Part shown: positions 13,801-25,600 of the stretch, in pieces
Position numbering within the stretch: position 1 is the first letter of the stretch
Layout of the letters: each line of letters starts with the position of its first letter
Source of the DNA: Lingula anatina
Taxonomy: Eukaryota > Animalia > Brachiopoda
DNA length: 64,000 nucleotides
Direction of reading: 5' to 3'
Assembly (NCBI GenBank): GCA_051362555.1
Contig: CM120643.1
Span: 27,966,848 to 28,030,847, forward strand
Notes under the pieces: model-generated
Databases searched by the model: none
What the model saw: the letters and a program-made list of their open reading frames with translations, nothing else
Told to the model about the DNA's origin: nothing
Translations under genes and position numbers: made by a program

Positions 13801-15183
13801 ATTGGCCAGGTAGACAAAGGTCAATTTACGACTGGACTTCACTGAAAACAGGAGGTGCAAAATATTACAACTGCTCATGTGATTAGTGGGAGTTCTGACA
13901 AATTTTTATGCATATTAAGACCAGGACAAGTTGTATCACGTGGGTCATTTTTATGAGATGAAGAAAACTGAGATATGTAGTTCCTTTGAGCATATATTAA
14001 TCTGAGTGCACATCTTGTCTTTACAAATGAAACTACACAATAGCCATGTCTGGGGGAGCGCTAGCAAATTTTTTCACTTAGCCAAATCACCACATTTTTG
14101 TCAATTTGTTATCAAAATGGTTATAATTTGGTTAAAACATGTCAAATCAAGCCCTTTTTCTTTAGCCAATTTAAGTCAGTTTTAGCATTTGGCTAAACTG
14201 AGAGGTGTTAGTGCTACCCCAGCATGTGGTAAAATTAATTCTGGCTTGTGTTTGTATTTGGTGTACTCTGTCAGAATCATTCAGTGTTCAAAACAGTTGA
14301 AAAATGTTCCGTTTTATACTGTAATGACAACCAACAGGCGAAAAGGTATTCAATATTAATCAAAATGCCACCTAAAATAAATTCAGCAGACACAATGAAT
14401 TCGTAGCCAGGGGGGGTTCGGGGGGTTCGAAACAATTAACCGCCCCTTTTGCTAGGAAAAGGTCCACACTGGATAAAATTTCATCTAGGAACATGAAGAT
14501 TTTATGGGAAAAGGTCCACATTTTTCAGAAAAAGAACCCCCCCCCTTTTGAAATTGCTGGCTACGGGCCTGATTATAAGTAAGTGCCATGTGTACTCCCC
14601 CCCACCCCAAACAATAACATCAGTCTTATCACAGGGATAATTAAGGACTTGCAAATGAATTAATGCATTAGTATCAAACAGGGAACAACCACAGATGTAC
14701 ACATGATGTGGGAGGACACACGTGATGTTAATAAAATAATGAGAAGTCTTATTCATCCTGGTAGAACCCTCAGAAACGACCGTATAAAAATGATAAATGT
14801 GGAAAAAGGAAAATAAGTTCACGACCTAAAAAATCATTGATGCAAATAATACATAACACATGCACGTGTGCAAACATTGCACCATATGTGTACCAAACAT
14901 GTTTCAGCACCTTAACTCCTGACGACACATCTTACTGACATTTAAATCATCAAAAACTACAGAGTTAACACGAGGTTGAAAGTAAATAAATAAATAAACA
15001 CAGCAAGGTCAAGGACCCGGAGATGCTCTTACCTTTCTGCAGTTCTCGAAGCCACACGTCAACTATCGTCTTTGAGTGCTTTCTGTGGTGAATTAGCCAT
15101 AATGACAGCGTCTGAATGCTCTGCTGTGAGTTGTTGAGCTCGTGCAACTTTTTCGTCAAGCTGCTCTCAGAAAACGAAGACAT
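10855..15183 (-). CDS. RPRD1B: Regulation of nuclear pre-mRNA domain-containing protein 1B (CID + CREPT coiled coil), 327 aa, 7 exons: 15183-15033, 13841-13712, 13323-13196, 12787-12666, 12214-12088, 11414-11239, 11004-10855
   Basis: MSSFSESSLTKKLHELNNSQQSIQTLSLWLIHHRKH, KLTFVYLANDVVQNSKKKGPEF, ALQDLENSASTDAAVRERIAALPPEVSD, LRSHIQNLPDLSLLPDVTGGLKPLPSAGDLF. All junctions are GT-AG and phase-consistent (984 nt). Likely the single invertebrate co-ortholog of RPRD1A/B. Confidence 0.96.
12791..12848. repeat. (AAT)n microsatellite inside the RPRD1B intron 3 acceptor region
   Basis: AAT/GAT run immediately before the TTCCAG acceptor on the minus strand. Confidence 0.9.
14402..14571. mobile_element. 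Short dispersed MITE (CAGGCCCGTAGCCAG family), left end truncated
   Basis: CGTAGCCAG ... CTGGCTACGGGCCTG; homologous to 19771-19940 and 50906-51063. Confidence 0.8.
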
Positions 15184-15531
15184 TTTCAGATAAATATGTT
15201 GCCGAGTCTCCACTCCAGATAGTCTCGTGTTTTCTCGAAGCATGCACGAGCTCGGCGGACGATTCTATTTAGCTGTTAAAACTGCATCAAGTTTAGATCT
15301 ATTCGGGAAGCCAAACATGTATGTTTCATAGAATTAAATCAGAGATAATTATAGCAATTAAATTATTATATTTATTCTTAAATCTATTATTTATGGAGTT
15401 AAATGTTATAAACAAAACAGAACAACCACACGCCCCCTCATTTGGAGCATTCCCAAGGGCGGCCATACTTGAAATATACCGGGAGATCCCACGCGGATGT
15501 TTGTTGTTACTGGCAGTTTTAAAAGATCACG
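15184..15531. promoter_or_regulatory. Bidirectional promoter region shared by RPRD1B and POLR2C
   Basis: Divergent start codons with 348 bp between them; YY1-like GCGGCCATACTT near 15459-15470. Confidence 0.75.
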
Positions 15532-16246
15532 ATGCCGTACGCAAATCAACCAACTATACATGTTTCCGAATTGACCGACGAAAATATAAAGTTTGTTCTT
15601 GAGGATACAGATCTAAGGTAATGATTTGAGTGTTTACTTAAATAGTAATTATCTGAAAAAAAGGCTGACAAAGCGGCAGTAAGTGTCAATGTTGTCATTT
15701 GATTTAGTTTACTTAATTTGATACCAGCTAGTACCTGTAACTTACTCACCGTGTACTGTTTTTCTTTATCAGATCACCATATAATGCAATGGTCGGCTTG
15801 GTGGGTGGATTATCTGTCACTATATATGACATTAGAATTTGAGAGAACAAAGTTACTGTACACCTTTTTTGTTAGCTACTGTACTGTACTAAAATATTTA
15901 TTTTACTTTCAGCACTGCCAATGCTATGAGAAGAGTTGTGATCGCCGAGGTTCCCACTCTCGGTAAGGCTAGAAACTAAGAAACTGTAAGAGTCAAATGA
16001 AATGAATATGGTGGTGGTATTACATTGTTGATTACTTGTGTCTCCTTTACATTTCATATACTTTTAATTTGCAATTTCAGCCATTGATTGGGTCCAGATT
16101 GAGGCAAACTCTAGTGTCCTCCATGATGAGTTCATAGCACACCGAGTGGGTCTCATCCCTCTGACCAGTGATGAGGTGGTGGACAGGATGCAGTACTCCA
16201 GGGTGAGGCCAGACCCCCCTTCCCCCCCCGCTCCTCTCCTGTGCGT

Positions 16247-16302
<56 letters not shown>

Positions 16303-19300
16303 CTTTTTCTGTTTACAATTTCTGCCTGCATTTATTGGCATGTATTGGTAAATTTATACAATTATTGGTGCAAAGTGCTCAATGATTTAATAGCATTTTA
16401 TATAAACTAGCCTTTTCAAATCTTAATCCCCAATCCCAGTGTGATTTTTTGTTCCATTTCATTTTTATTTTTTGTTATATATTAAATATATAACAAAAAA
16501 TAAATATAATAATTATGTATGCTTATTCAGTGATAGTCAGTACCAAACTCGCTTAATTTAAATGCAGTCTCCCCCTCCTCCCCCTTGCCTTCATTGTTTG
16601 TATTCTTGTTGTTAAATGTCTACATTCCCATGATTTCCAGGATTGCACATGTGATGAGTTTTGTCCCGAATGTTCAGTGGAGTTCCAGCTGGAAGTGAAG
16701 TGTACAGATGATCAGACGCGGCACGTTACCACAGCAGATATGATCTCCAGTAACCCTAAAGTTGTCCCGGTAAGAGTGATTGGCATTTTCAGATATGATA
16801 GTGTAATAATGAAATCATGTGACCTGTGATGCAGATACAGGAAAGATCAACCTTCACCTGCTGTATGATCTCGAGTAACACTAATGCTGGACTGGTAGGA
16901 GTTATTGACCTTTTCAGATATGAAAACATATTCATAAAGTCATGTGATATATGACCTGAAAACTGGGAGGATTTCATGAATAGCTTGCTGGTCGATATTG
17001 TTTGCAGTGAGTGCATGGGAGGGAGGGAGGGGGGGATATTAAAATTAATATATATGTATATATATGCATATATGTTCACTAAAGTAGTTACCGTGTTAAG
17101 CTCCAGACTGAGAGGATGGATGTGATTGTTTTAACAAAAGTTTACTTTTCAAAGGATAACAATTTATTTCTGAATAACACAATTGAACCTCATACTTGTA
17201 AAGCTGTCAGTAAACTTTAAAAAGAAATAGTGTCACTGCTGTTAAAGGGAAACAAAATCAATTCAAGAAAGTAAACTTCAGGCAGTTTGTGGAGCTTGGT
17301 TACACACTTGTCTCCTTTTTGATGTGTTGACATGTTATGTCACTGATTTCCTGTAAAGAGAGTCTTTCAGCTGGGTCTACTTTGAGACATCTCTTAGTCA
17401 GTTCTGTGATCTCAGCGTACTTCTCTGCCATACTGAAGGTGGGGGCACCACCCTGGAGAGTGTGGAACCCTCTGTTAAATGCCGGCGTCAAGGTGACAAG
17501 CTCATAAGCTATACAGCCAAACTGCCAGACTAAGGCTTTCTCTGTGATAGCCTCACCTAGGAAGTATTCAGGAGGGTCATAGACACCCAGGGTAGGAAAA
17601 ATCCAGCTGAGTTGTCGGTCTGATGTGGCACTTACCACTGAAGAGGGACGGAAATGTAGCTTGTCTTGGTCATCCAGGAAGTGGAGGGTTCTGGGAAATG
17701 TCATAGCGTCATGTGGCACAGTCATCATGAGGTTGGCGAGTTTGTGGAGAAGGTCCCAGATGGTCTCCACGGGGATATCGATCTGGACTCGCCTGTGAGC
17801 GTCCAGAAGATCAGTGAGGGTTTTGGTGTATTTCAGCACGTAGGTCGTGTGTCTGGAAGTGTGGAACTGCGTAATGTAGCATGGGTCATTGACATAGGAC
17901 TGGACTATCTCTGGATCTGAAAATAACAGTTTGTCTTTTTTCTTTTAGAATATCAAGTGAAATATTTGACCAATTTTTTGTCAAACAATGGATACCATGA
18001 ACAAAAAGTGCTGTATTTATGCTTGGCTTGTTCTTTAATTTAAAGGTAATTTTCTTTTACAAGAAAAAGAATGAAAAATAAGAGTTTCACCAAATTATTA
18101 GTTTTGATTTGAAATTTTATACTGGAAAATGCAAATATTTTGGTGCTCTGTTAGTGACCTCTGCAATCTATATATATAGCACTTCAAGTTTCAGGATTTT
18201 TTTTTAAAGGTCCACATTCATCTTGGGAAAACAGTTTAAATTTACCTGCTGAGTCTCTGGAGTCGATCACTTTGAGATAGACTCTTTCCCCACTAAAGCG
18301 GCAGACGGCAGGATAACATTGTTCCTGCAGGTGTTCCGTAGTGACGGCAGGGGGGTCTATCAGGAAGTCATCCATACTGAGATTGGAGAGGCTCAGTTGA
18401 AGTCTTCTGGGTAGAGGAAGGGAACTGGTCTGTTGAAAAAATTACGAAATTAGGTTATATCAAGCTATATGTCACCTTGATGAAATTATTTAAGAACGAA
18501 AAGTTATCCAAATGAATATTGATAGTTCACTTTAAACACCATATGTTTACTAGTAAACAACAACCCTGCACCCAGGAGTATATAATAAAATAAAATTCAG
18601 ACGTTAAAAGCTGTAAGTAATAGCTAGGTTAAACATTTATTGCAAAGTTTTACTGTGAAATTGGGGAAATTCATAAGATTTTAAACATTTTCCCTTTAAT
18701 ATATCAACATTTTAAATTACTTCAATTTAAAATGTTGATATATTAACATTTTAAATTACTTCAATTTTCTGATTTTTAAGTACGCTAAACATAAAAAGAA
18801 ATTTTAACCAAGATTGATCCCAGTTTTCTTGAAATGAGAACTGTGCTCAGTATATGTACCTGCTGTAATCTCCTGAGCGTCACCCCGTTCCTGATACGCT
18901 TCACACACAGCTGCTGTAGTGAGGGTACACTGGGGCGCCAGGTATGACTGAATAAAATACTGTGGCTAAAGGGATTAAAACTTTGTTCCATGTCTGGGAC
19001 TCTGTAACCAGGAACACTCAATGAGAGCATCGCATCCTTTGTCTAGGTCACCAACTGTGAGGATGTCGTGGTGACACTTGGTTACCATGACAATTGGCTG
19101 TGAAGTCACAACTGTATTGTCATGTGTTGTCAAATGTTACACAAAGGTTTCTCTGTTGTTTTAAATTTGATGATGTCACAATGAAATGATTTGTTATGTA
19201 AGGAAGATGACCATTCTTTATCCAATACCCAACAATTAACATACCATTGTTTTGCAAGAATGAAATTTTACAACAATATCCAATGCTATTGTGATCAGTT

Positions 19301-21489
19301 GTTATCTTCTTTGCTAAAGGTTTTGTTGGCCGAATATAGATGTCTTATTTTACAAGCATTGGACATAAGTTATATTATAATAAATATTTGCAGTTATCTC
19401 ACTGACAGGTGAAGAAAGTTTACGTAGATATTCAGACATGCTATACATTTTTTCAGAATGTTGGACATTCAAACTGGCAATTATAAAAAAATTGCCTGAA
19501 GGATTTTTGCCAGACTGACTGTAAATTCAATAAAGCTGCTCTTAAACTTGTTGGTAGTCCCTTGAACTTGCTGGATACACTTTTCTACCAGTCCCCCAAA
19601 ATTTTGTCAGTCAGTATCATATTATAAATTAAGGACAGTCAGATTTTTGACAGTATGCACTCATGGTGGAAATGTTCCCACTCATTTCAGGTGACATCCA
19701 AACACAGAGAGGAAGAAGGATATGGTGAAACAGATGGTGAGGAAGAATTCATCAGCACAGTCATCACATACAGGCCCGTAGCCAGCAATTTTAGAGGGGG
19801 GGGGTTCGTTTTCTGAAAAAGTGGACCTTTTACCATAAAATCCTCAAGTGCATAGATCAAATCGTACCCAGAGTGGACCTTTTCCCAGCAAAAAGGGTTG
19901 TTCTTTTGAACCCCCGAACCCAACCCTGGCTAAGGGTCTGACATAAGTAGCATGTTATATGGCCAGAAAATGAACACAGTTTAAAATCCCAAGGAAAATC
20001 ATTTCAGCAATGTTTTTCTTCAATTTGGTAAAAACAGAAAAAGGGGAAAAATGTAAGAAATCAATTTGCAGTTAGCATTGGAATTGAAATTTTATTAAGT
20101 CCAAGACAACAGAGGAAGTATATTTATGATTTTCATTTGTTTATGTCATATTAAAGCAATAATAACTCTTCGTTTCGGCCAAAAAATGAATTTTCCTGGA
20201 GTAAACAACAATTTTCCCATACTTACCAATGGTTAATGAATCCATTTTTACATTCAAAGTTAGTCCCTGGTTTTTTTCTAAAAAGTTTGGTTTTTTGTTA
20301 AAATCTCTTAAGAGATTTTAACAGAGTATAGACATCAATGGAGGTCACGTGGTCTAAAGCCAAGTTCAAATATCAGAATAAAAGCTATAACTGCTGTTTT
20401 TGTGGTAAAACAGAATATATTATATTTCTATGAGTTATTCACAAGGTTATTATTGTGAAATATAGGTCTCATACAAAGAGTTATTATGCCTTTAACTAAA
20501 AAAATAGTGAAAACAAAGCTCTATGAACATATTTGTGACAATTTCCAATCTTTTCCAGATATCCTGATAGTAAAGCTACGCAAGGGACAGGAGTTGAAGT
20601 TACGAGCGTTTGCCAGGAAGGGATTTGCCAAGGAGCATGCTAAGTGGAATCCAACCAGTGGAGTGGCGTTTGAATATGACCCAGATAACGCCCTACGCCA
20701 CACAGACTATCCCAAACCTGAGGAGTGGTACGTTGCTGGACACAAACGATGCTTACATGTTTTCAAAATTTATTTGCCAAATGTATTGATAAGTTTGACC
20801 AATACAATCTTTGGAAAAAATCAGCAGTAAATTTGGTATAAAGTAAAAAAATAATACTTTTTGTTTAACAACATGGTACTGTGTAAGTTAAGTCTTAATT
20901 TACTACCTGTTTCTAGAATTTTCTGCAGTGACACTTCATTTAAATTATACCAATCCTCATTCAAACTTAGTGGTGTATATTATTTGAAGAAAAGAGAATT
21001 GTTAATGTCATCTAAGTTTATATAATACTTCAATACAAGTTGCATAACTGAGATGAATTTTCAAACTCATTTCCAGGCCAAAAAGTGAATACTCAGAGTT
21101 GCCAGATGATGAGTGTAAGTACAGGTGAAATCTGTTTGTTTTATTTAATAAACTTATTGTCTAAAACATTTGAATAATTAACAAATTTTTTTCTCTCCCA
21201 AATTTAAAATTAAAGAGAAAGAATGATAAAGACCAGATTCATTCTCATTCAAAATGATATAATTTCTATATTGGAATGCCATCACAAGATAATTCTATCC
21301 ATCATTTCAGTTGAGGCACCATATGACATGAGTGGAAAACCCAACAAATTTTTCTTCAACGTTGAATCCTGTGGAGCTTTAAAGCCAGAAAACATTGTAT
21401 TCAGTGGACTCTCTGTACTGAAAAATAAACTCAGTAACTTACAAACTCAGCTCAGTCATGAAATCCAGAGTGATGTGTTGACCATTTAG
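15532..21489 (+). CDS. POLR2C: DNA-directed RNA polymerase II subunit RPB3, 272 aa, 8 exons: 15532-15617, 15913-15962, 16081-16202, 16641-16769, 19691-19736, 20559-20727, 21077-21114, 21311-21489
   Basis: [63 protein letters not shown], Zn motif [24 protein letters not shown]...[37 protein letters not shown]. All GT-AG, 819 nt in frame. Confidence 0.98.
16248..16301. repeat. (CA)n microsatellite
   Basis: Perfect run in POLR2C intron 3. Confidence 0.95.
17300..19030 (-). CDS. Nested gene: N-terminal SOCS box + NEK-like pseudokinase, 323 aa, exons 19030-18860, 18429-18246, 17916-17300
   Basis: Junctions CAG|GTACAT..TCAACAG|ACC (phase 0) and G|GTAAAT..TTTTCAG|AT (phase 1) give a continuous 972-nt ORF. 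SOCS-box-like [13 protein letters not shown]...[11 protein letters not shown]; kinase motifs [49 protein letters not shown]; HRD and DFG are absent. Minus-strand AATAAA at 17168-17163. Confidence 0.85.
19771..19940. mobile_element. MITE, CAGGCCCGTAGCCAG TIRs, 5-bp TSD ACATA (hAT5-like)
   Basis: ACATA|CAGGCCCGTAGCCAG ... CTGGCTAAGGGTCTG|ACATA. Confidence 0.85.
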
Positions 21490-21903
21490 GTGCTGTGTTC
21501 ATAGCAAATGATGAATGTATACATTTTTTGTCTGTTTCTGAACTTAAATTATTTGGAAAGAGGTGATTTTTATGACAACGATATGTCCTCATTACAAAAA
21601 ACTATGGCTGGGCACAGAAAGATCACTCATAACTGAGGGAAATGGATCCTGATTGCTTCAGAGAAGTGACTGTGTATTGACAAACGTTTTGAAATCTGTA
21701 TATACTTGTAAACACAGAATGTTTTCTTCGCATTAATTAAAACAAAAATATTCAACCACTTTTGAGAACAAGTACTGTATGATATGTAGATAGATGTAGA
21801 AGATTTTAGAATCTGATTTATACAATAGTGATGCAGTATACAACCTGTATTATTTTGTGAGAAAAACCAAGTAAAATGTTTTTTTTCTGAAGACAGTGTA
21901 AAT

Positions 21904-21945
21904 AATAAAGTAAATATTGAAGAACCATCTTTCCATACATTTATT
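21904..21945. terminator. Convergent polyadenylation signals (POLR2C on +, probably EXOC2 on -)
   Basis: AATAAA at 21904-21909 (+) and TTTATT at 21940-21945 (AATAAA on -), between the two convergent stop codons. Confidence 0.5.
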
Positions 21946-22678
21946 ATTCACTATAAGTTAAACAATCAACATAAGAAAGCAGCACAATTTCTTTGTCACG
22001 TCCTGTTACATTGCACGCACCATATCAGTATCATGACATCTGTATTTAATGAGTTTGTTTTGAAAATGTTTAAGAATTTACATTGAAATGTACATGCAGC
22101 AGCAGGAAAGGCAATTTTACGACAATGACAAACTGTTTCAATACACATTTGTTCATTGAAGCAAATGAATAAAGTACGATAGTTGATATACTGCACCATG
22201 GCACTATTGCAAACGTGAAAAAAAAAAAATGCATTGCATGCCAGTCCACAGATTCAAAATTTAATCTTGGAGTTTTGAGTCATTGAATTGGATGATATTT
22301 CAAATTCTTACAGATAATCCAGTGAATAATAATAACAATAAGTTTCTTCTGGGGATTCAAGGCCTCTAGCAGATAACACTTACCTGCATATTACAAAAAA
22401 ATTATTAATTATATGTTAGTACTATTATTTATGGCATGCTTAAGCCAGTGAATTCTATACATATAGCAAGAGTCAAGCAAGTTGTCTTTGTGTTTGGCAA
22501 ATTCCTCCTAGCTTCAAACAGGTGATCACGGTGTAGAAGAGCAGACTATGCGGGGGGTCCCCTCAGAACTGAACACTGAATTCCAGTGAATTCCACACAT
22601 ACAGTAAGAGCAGAAGTTGCCTTTTTGTTTGTCAAGGTCCCTTTTGTTTCTATTGTCATTTCTGCGTAGTAGAGCAGA

Positions 22679-25600
22679 CTAAGCGGCAGGTCCCCTCAGC
22701 ACTGGGTCACTCTTGAAACACATCAGCTGGAACTTCATCCTGGTCTTAAAATTGTTGATCAAATCTTCTAGGAACCTGGGGCACAATCAACATAACATGT
22801 AACAGTCATTAAGCAAGTTATTGGACTTCCTGTGGAAACTTACATCCATTATAACTATTACAACTTATGTTAACGTTATCAACAGAGCTTATATATGTGA
22901 ATTGGCAGTCCAAAATGGGCCCTGCAACATCATAATTACGGGTTAATATAATAATGATAATATTGGGACCAAAATCATTTATCAAGTGGACCAGAATAAC
23001 TTCTTTTGAGTCAAATTAGACTAGAATGGCTTTCACTTTAAATTTTACAGTTAAGACCAACTGGTGTTCAAGTTCTACAGTGAGACCAGTCTACAGTTTA
23101 ATGTCTACTTGCCTCTTGTCCTCAGACTTCAGTTCAGGGAGGTAGTCTAGGGCCTCCTGGACAGCCTCACTGGAAACAAAATACAAATTAAATATTTAGA
23201 GTTTCTAAAACAGAGAACATTTTGCTGTGATAACTAAAATCTTTTTAAATTCTATGGCTTCCATGGCAGCTACTAGTTTGATCTTTACCAAACTTATTTA
23301 TAAAGATTAAAATTCTACATTTTCAACTGAAAAGGTATCCACATAAATGTTGTAGAAATGTTGCTGTTACAGTATTTAAAATTCAACAAATATCTGCACT
23401 TGGCAGAAATAAAGAGAACTGAGGTGACCTCGTATATTTGCACTGCAAAACTACATTTGAAATGTTTCAAAATGTCCAGTTTTACCTGGACTCATCGGTG
23501 GCGTACAAGGCAACAGCATCCTGTAGGGTAATCAGCTCAAGACGAGCCTGGGGGGAAAAGAACGCAATTATATAATAATACTAGTCTAACAGAATGACTT
23601 GACTATCAGTAAGACTGCTTACTACCAAACTAACAAAGGTAAAAATATAACTTTGTTGGGGGGAGGTAATAATAATGTATTAAAATACAACTCTGAATTT
23701 TAATAAAAAGGTTGCATGCATTGGTCTGGAGTGAGCTGTAAGATTAACCAAAGAAAAATAAATTTTTCATGCTAGTAAGTAGTTTTTTTATGAAGCTGTA
23801 ATCATTGAGTTTTTATTCATAGAAAAAAGGGAAGAAATAGTCCCCATTTGTAATTAAGAAAAAATATGAAAAACAGTACTATTCACATATAGTAACATTG
23901 TCCAAGAAGATAATGTCATATTAAAGATTACCTGTAAAGCACCATTAAGATTAAATGTTTCCACACATAAAATAAGTCTGGCCACCTCCTCACTGACCGC
24001 CACAATGACCCTGGTCAGTATTCTAGTGACCAATACTGGAGATATGGCAAATACCTGGAATATATCAAAATATTAGATGTTGTTTTCCACAAACAGATTA
24101 CAAAATCTAACTAATTTACAAATACTGTTTGATTTACTCAAACAATTATGCATCTTCCTGCAGTAATTTGGCACAGTTGGCAAGAGCTTCAATTACTTTC
24201 AATAGCAATCTGTCATTAGTGTCCCTAAATATAAATATTTCATTATTTATAATTTATGTTTCTGAAATCAGTGAAATACAGTGGTAATTTAATGAGTGAC
24301 TACTCAAACTTCTAGGTTCCAAACGTAACGTCTATATAATTTTTTTAATCATTTTTTAAAATCATTTTTCCATCTAGAAAATAAAACAATAAAATGTTCA
24401 CCTCAGCGTGAACTCTGATCAGCCCCATTAAAGCCTCCTTCAGGTAACTTCTCACACCTGGCAAAGGAATAATAACAATGTGTATGTGACAATTTTCTTA
24501 AAAACTTTCTATCTCAAAATTCACAATTTTTCATGTGTTACATAATTATGCAAATAGACAGCTGACCACTAAAATCTTTCAAATGAAGTTAACTATAGAT
24601 ATTTCTCATTCAGAAAGAAGCTTGTCTTTTGCCATTTTAACACAATCAAACAAAACATACTCTACCCAAAAACTTGTAACTTAGTAAGCAGGTCTGTAGG
24701 CATGGCAGGGTGGAGGGGATGGGTCGGGGGAGGGGGGGGGGGGGCAGGGGGTCAAAAGAAGAAAAATGCAGGCTGCTAAATCTCTCCCTTACCCACTGGT
24801 TTCAGACACTCATCCCAGTTAAACCTCCCTGCGTACATGTTCTGTTCTAGTGCTCCAATAATAGGGTTGGACTTTTCTTCCACATAGGCTTCAAACAGCT
24901 TCTCGTCCACCTCTTGGAATGCAGATATGGCCTCCTGGACACAATGCAAAGATTCTATTTAGGATACTGGACAGATTACATGATTCAAAGGTAGTTTATG
25001 AAATATCTTATATTAAAAATGTAGTTGTCTTTTCAAATTAATTAGAGTTTGAGTCTCAAATGCATCCACCTGGGCTACAAAAACAAACAGAAAATAAAAT
25101 TAAAGCAAAATATTAATTCATAATCAAAATTTACCTCTTGCTGCTTAAAAAAGTTGTCATCCTAGTCCAACAGCAATTCAGTAAACAAGAACATGATTTT
25201 TTCCATTGGCAATCTCACAATAACTTCCCTATTCATAAGCCCATAACATGAAATGTAAGGTAAAATGTCTCACCTGGGTTATCTTCTCTGTCTCTGGACA
25301 CTGGTGTTTGTCCATATTCTCAGTAATGTCAGTTAAAATGTCTTACCTGAGCAATCTTCTCAGTCTCAGGATACTGATGTTTGTCCATATTCTCAGTAAT
25401 TCTAGGAATGGCTCTCTGGATGGTGTGATTGCAGTTGCTCAACATTATCAGAAGTCTCTTGTCCTGAAGATAGTGACAAAATATTGTATTACTTTCACTT
25501 AGTCTGAGGAACTTAATTCGAACACGTTTTCACAGCAGGAATAATGTACTAAATGACATATTAATTGTTCTGGTTCTATTTGTTCGTATAATCACTGCTG

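Noticed and set aside
16064-16385. CV/HT-repeat ORFs (also 38660-39129 and 52459-52665)
   Set aside because: Translations of (CA)n and (GA)n microsatellites.
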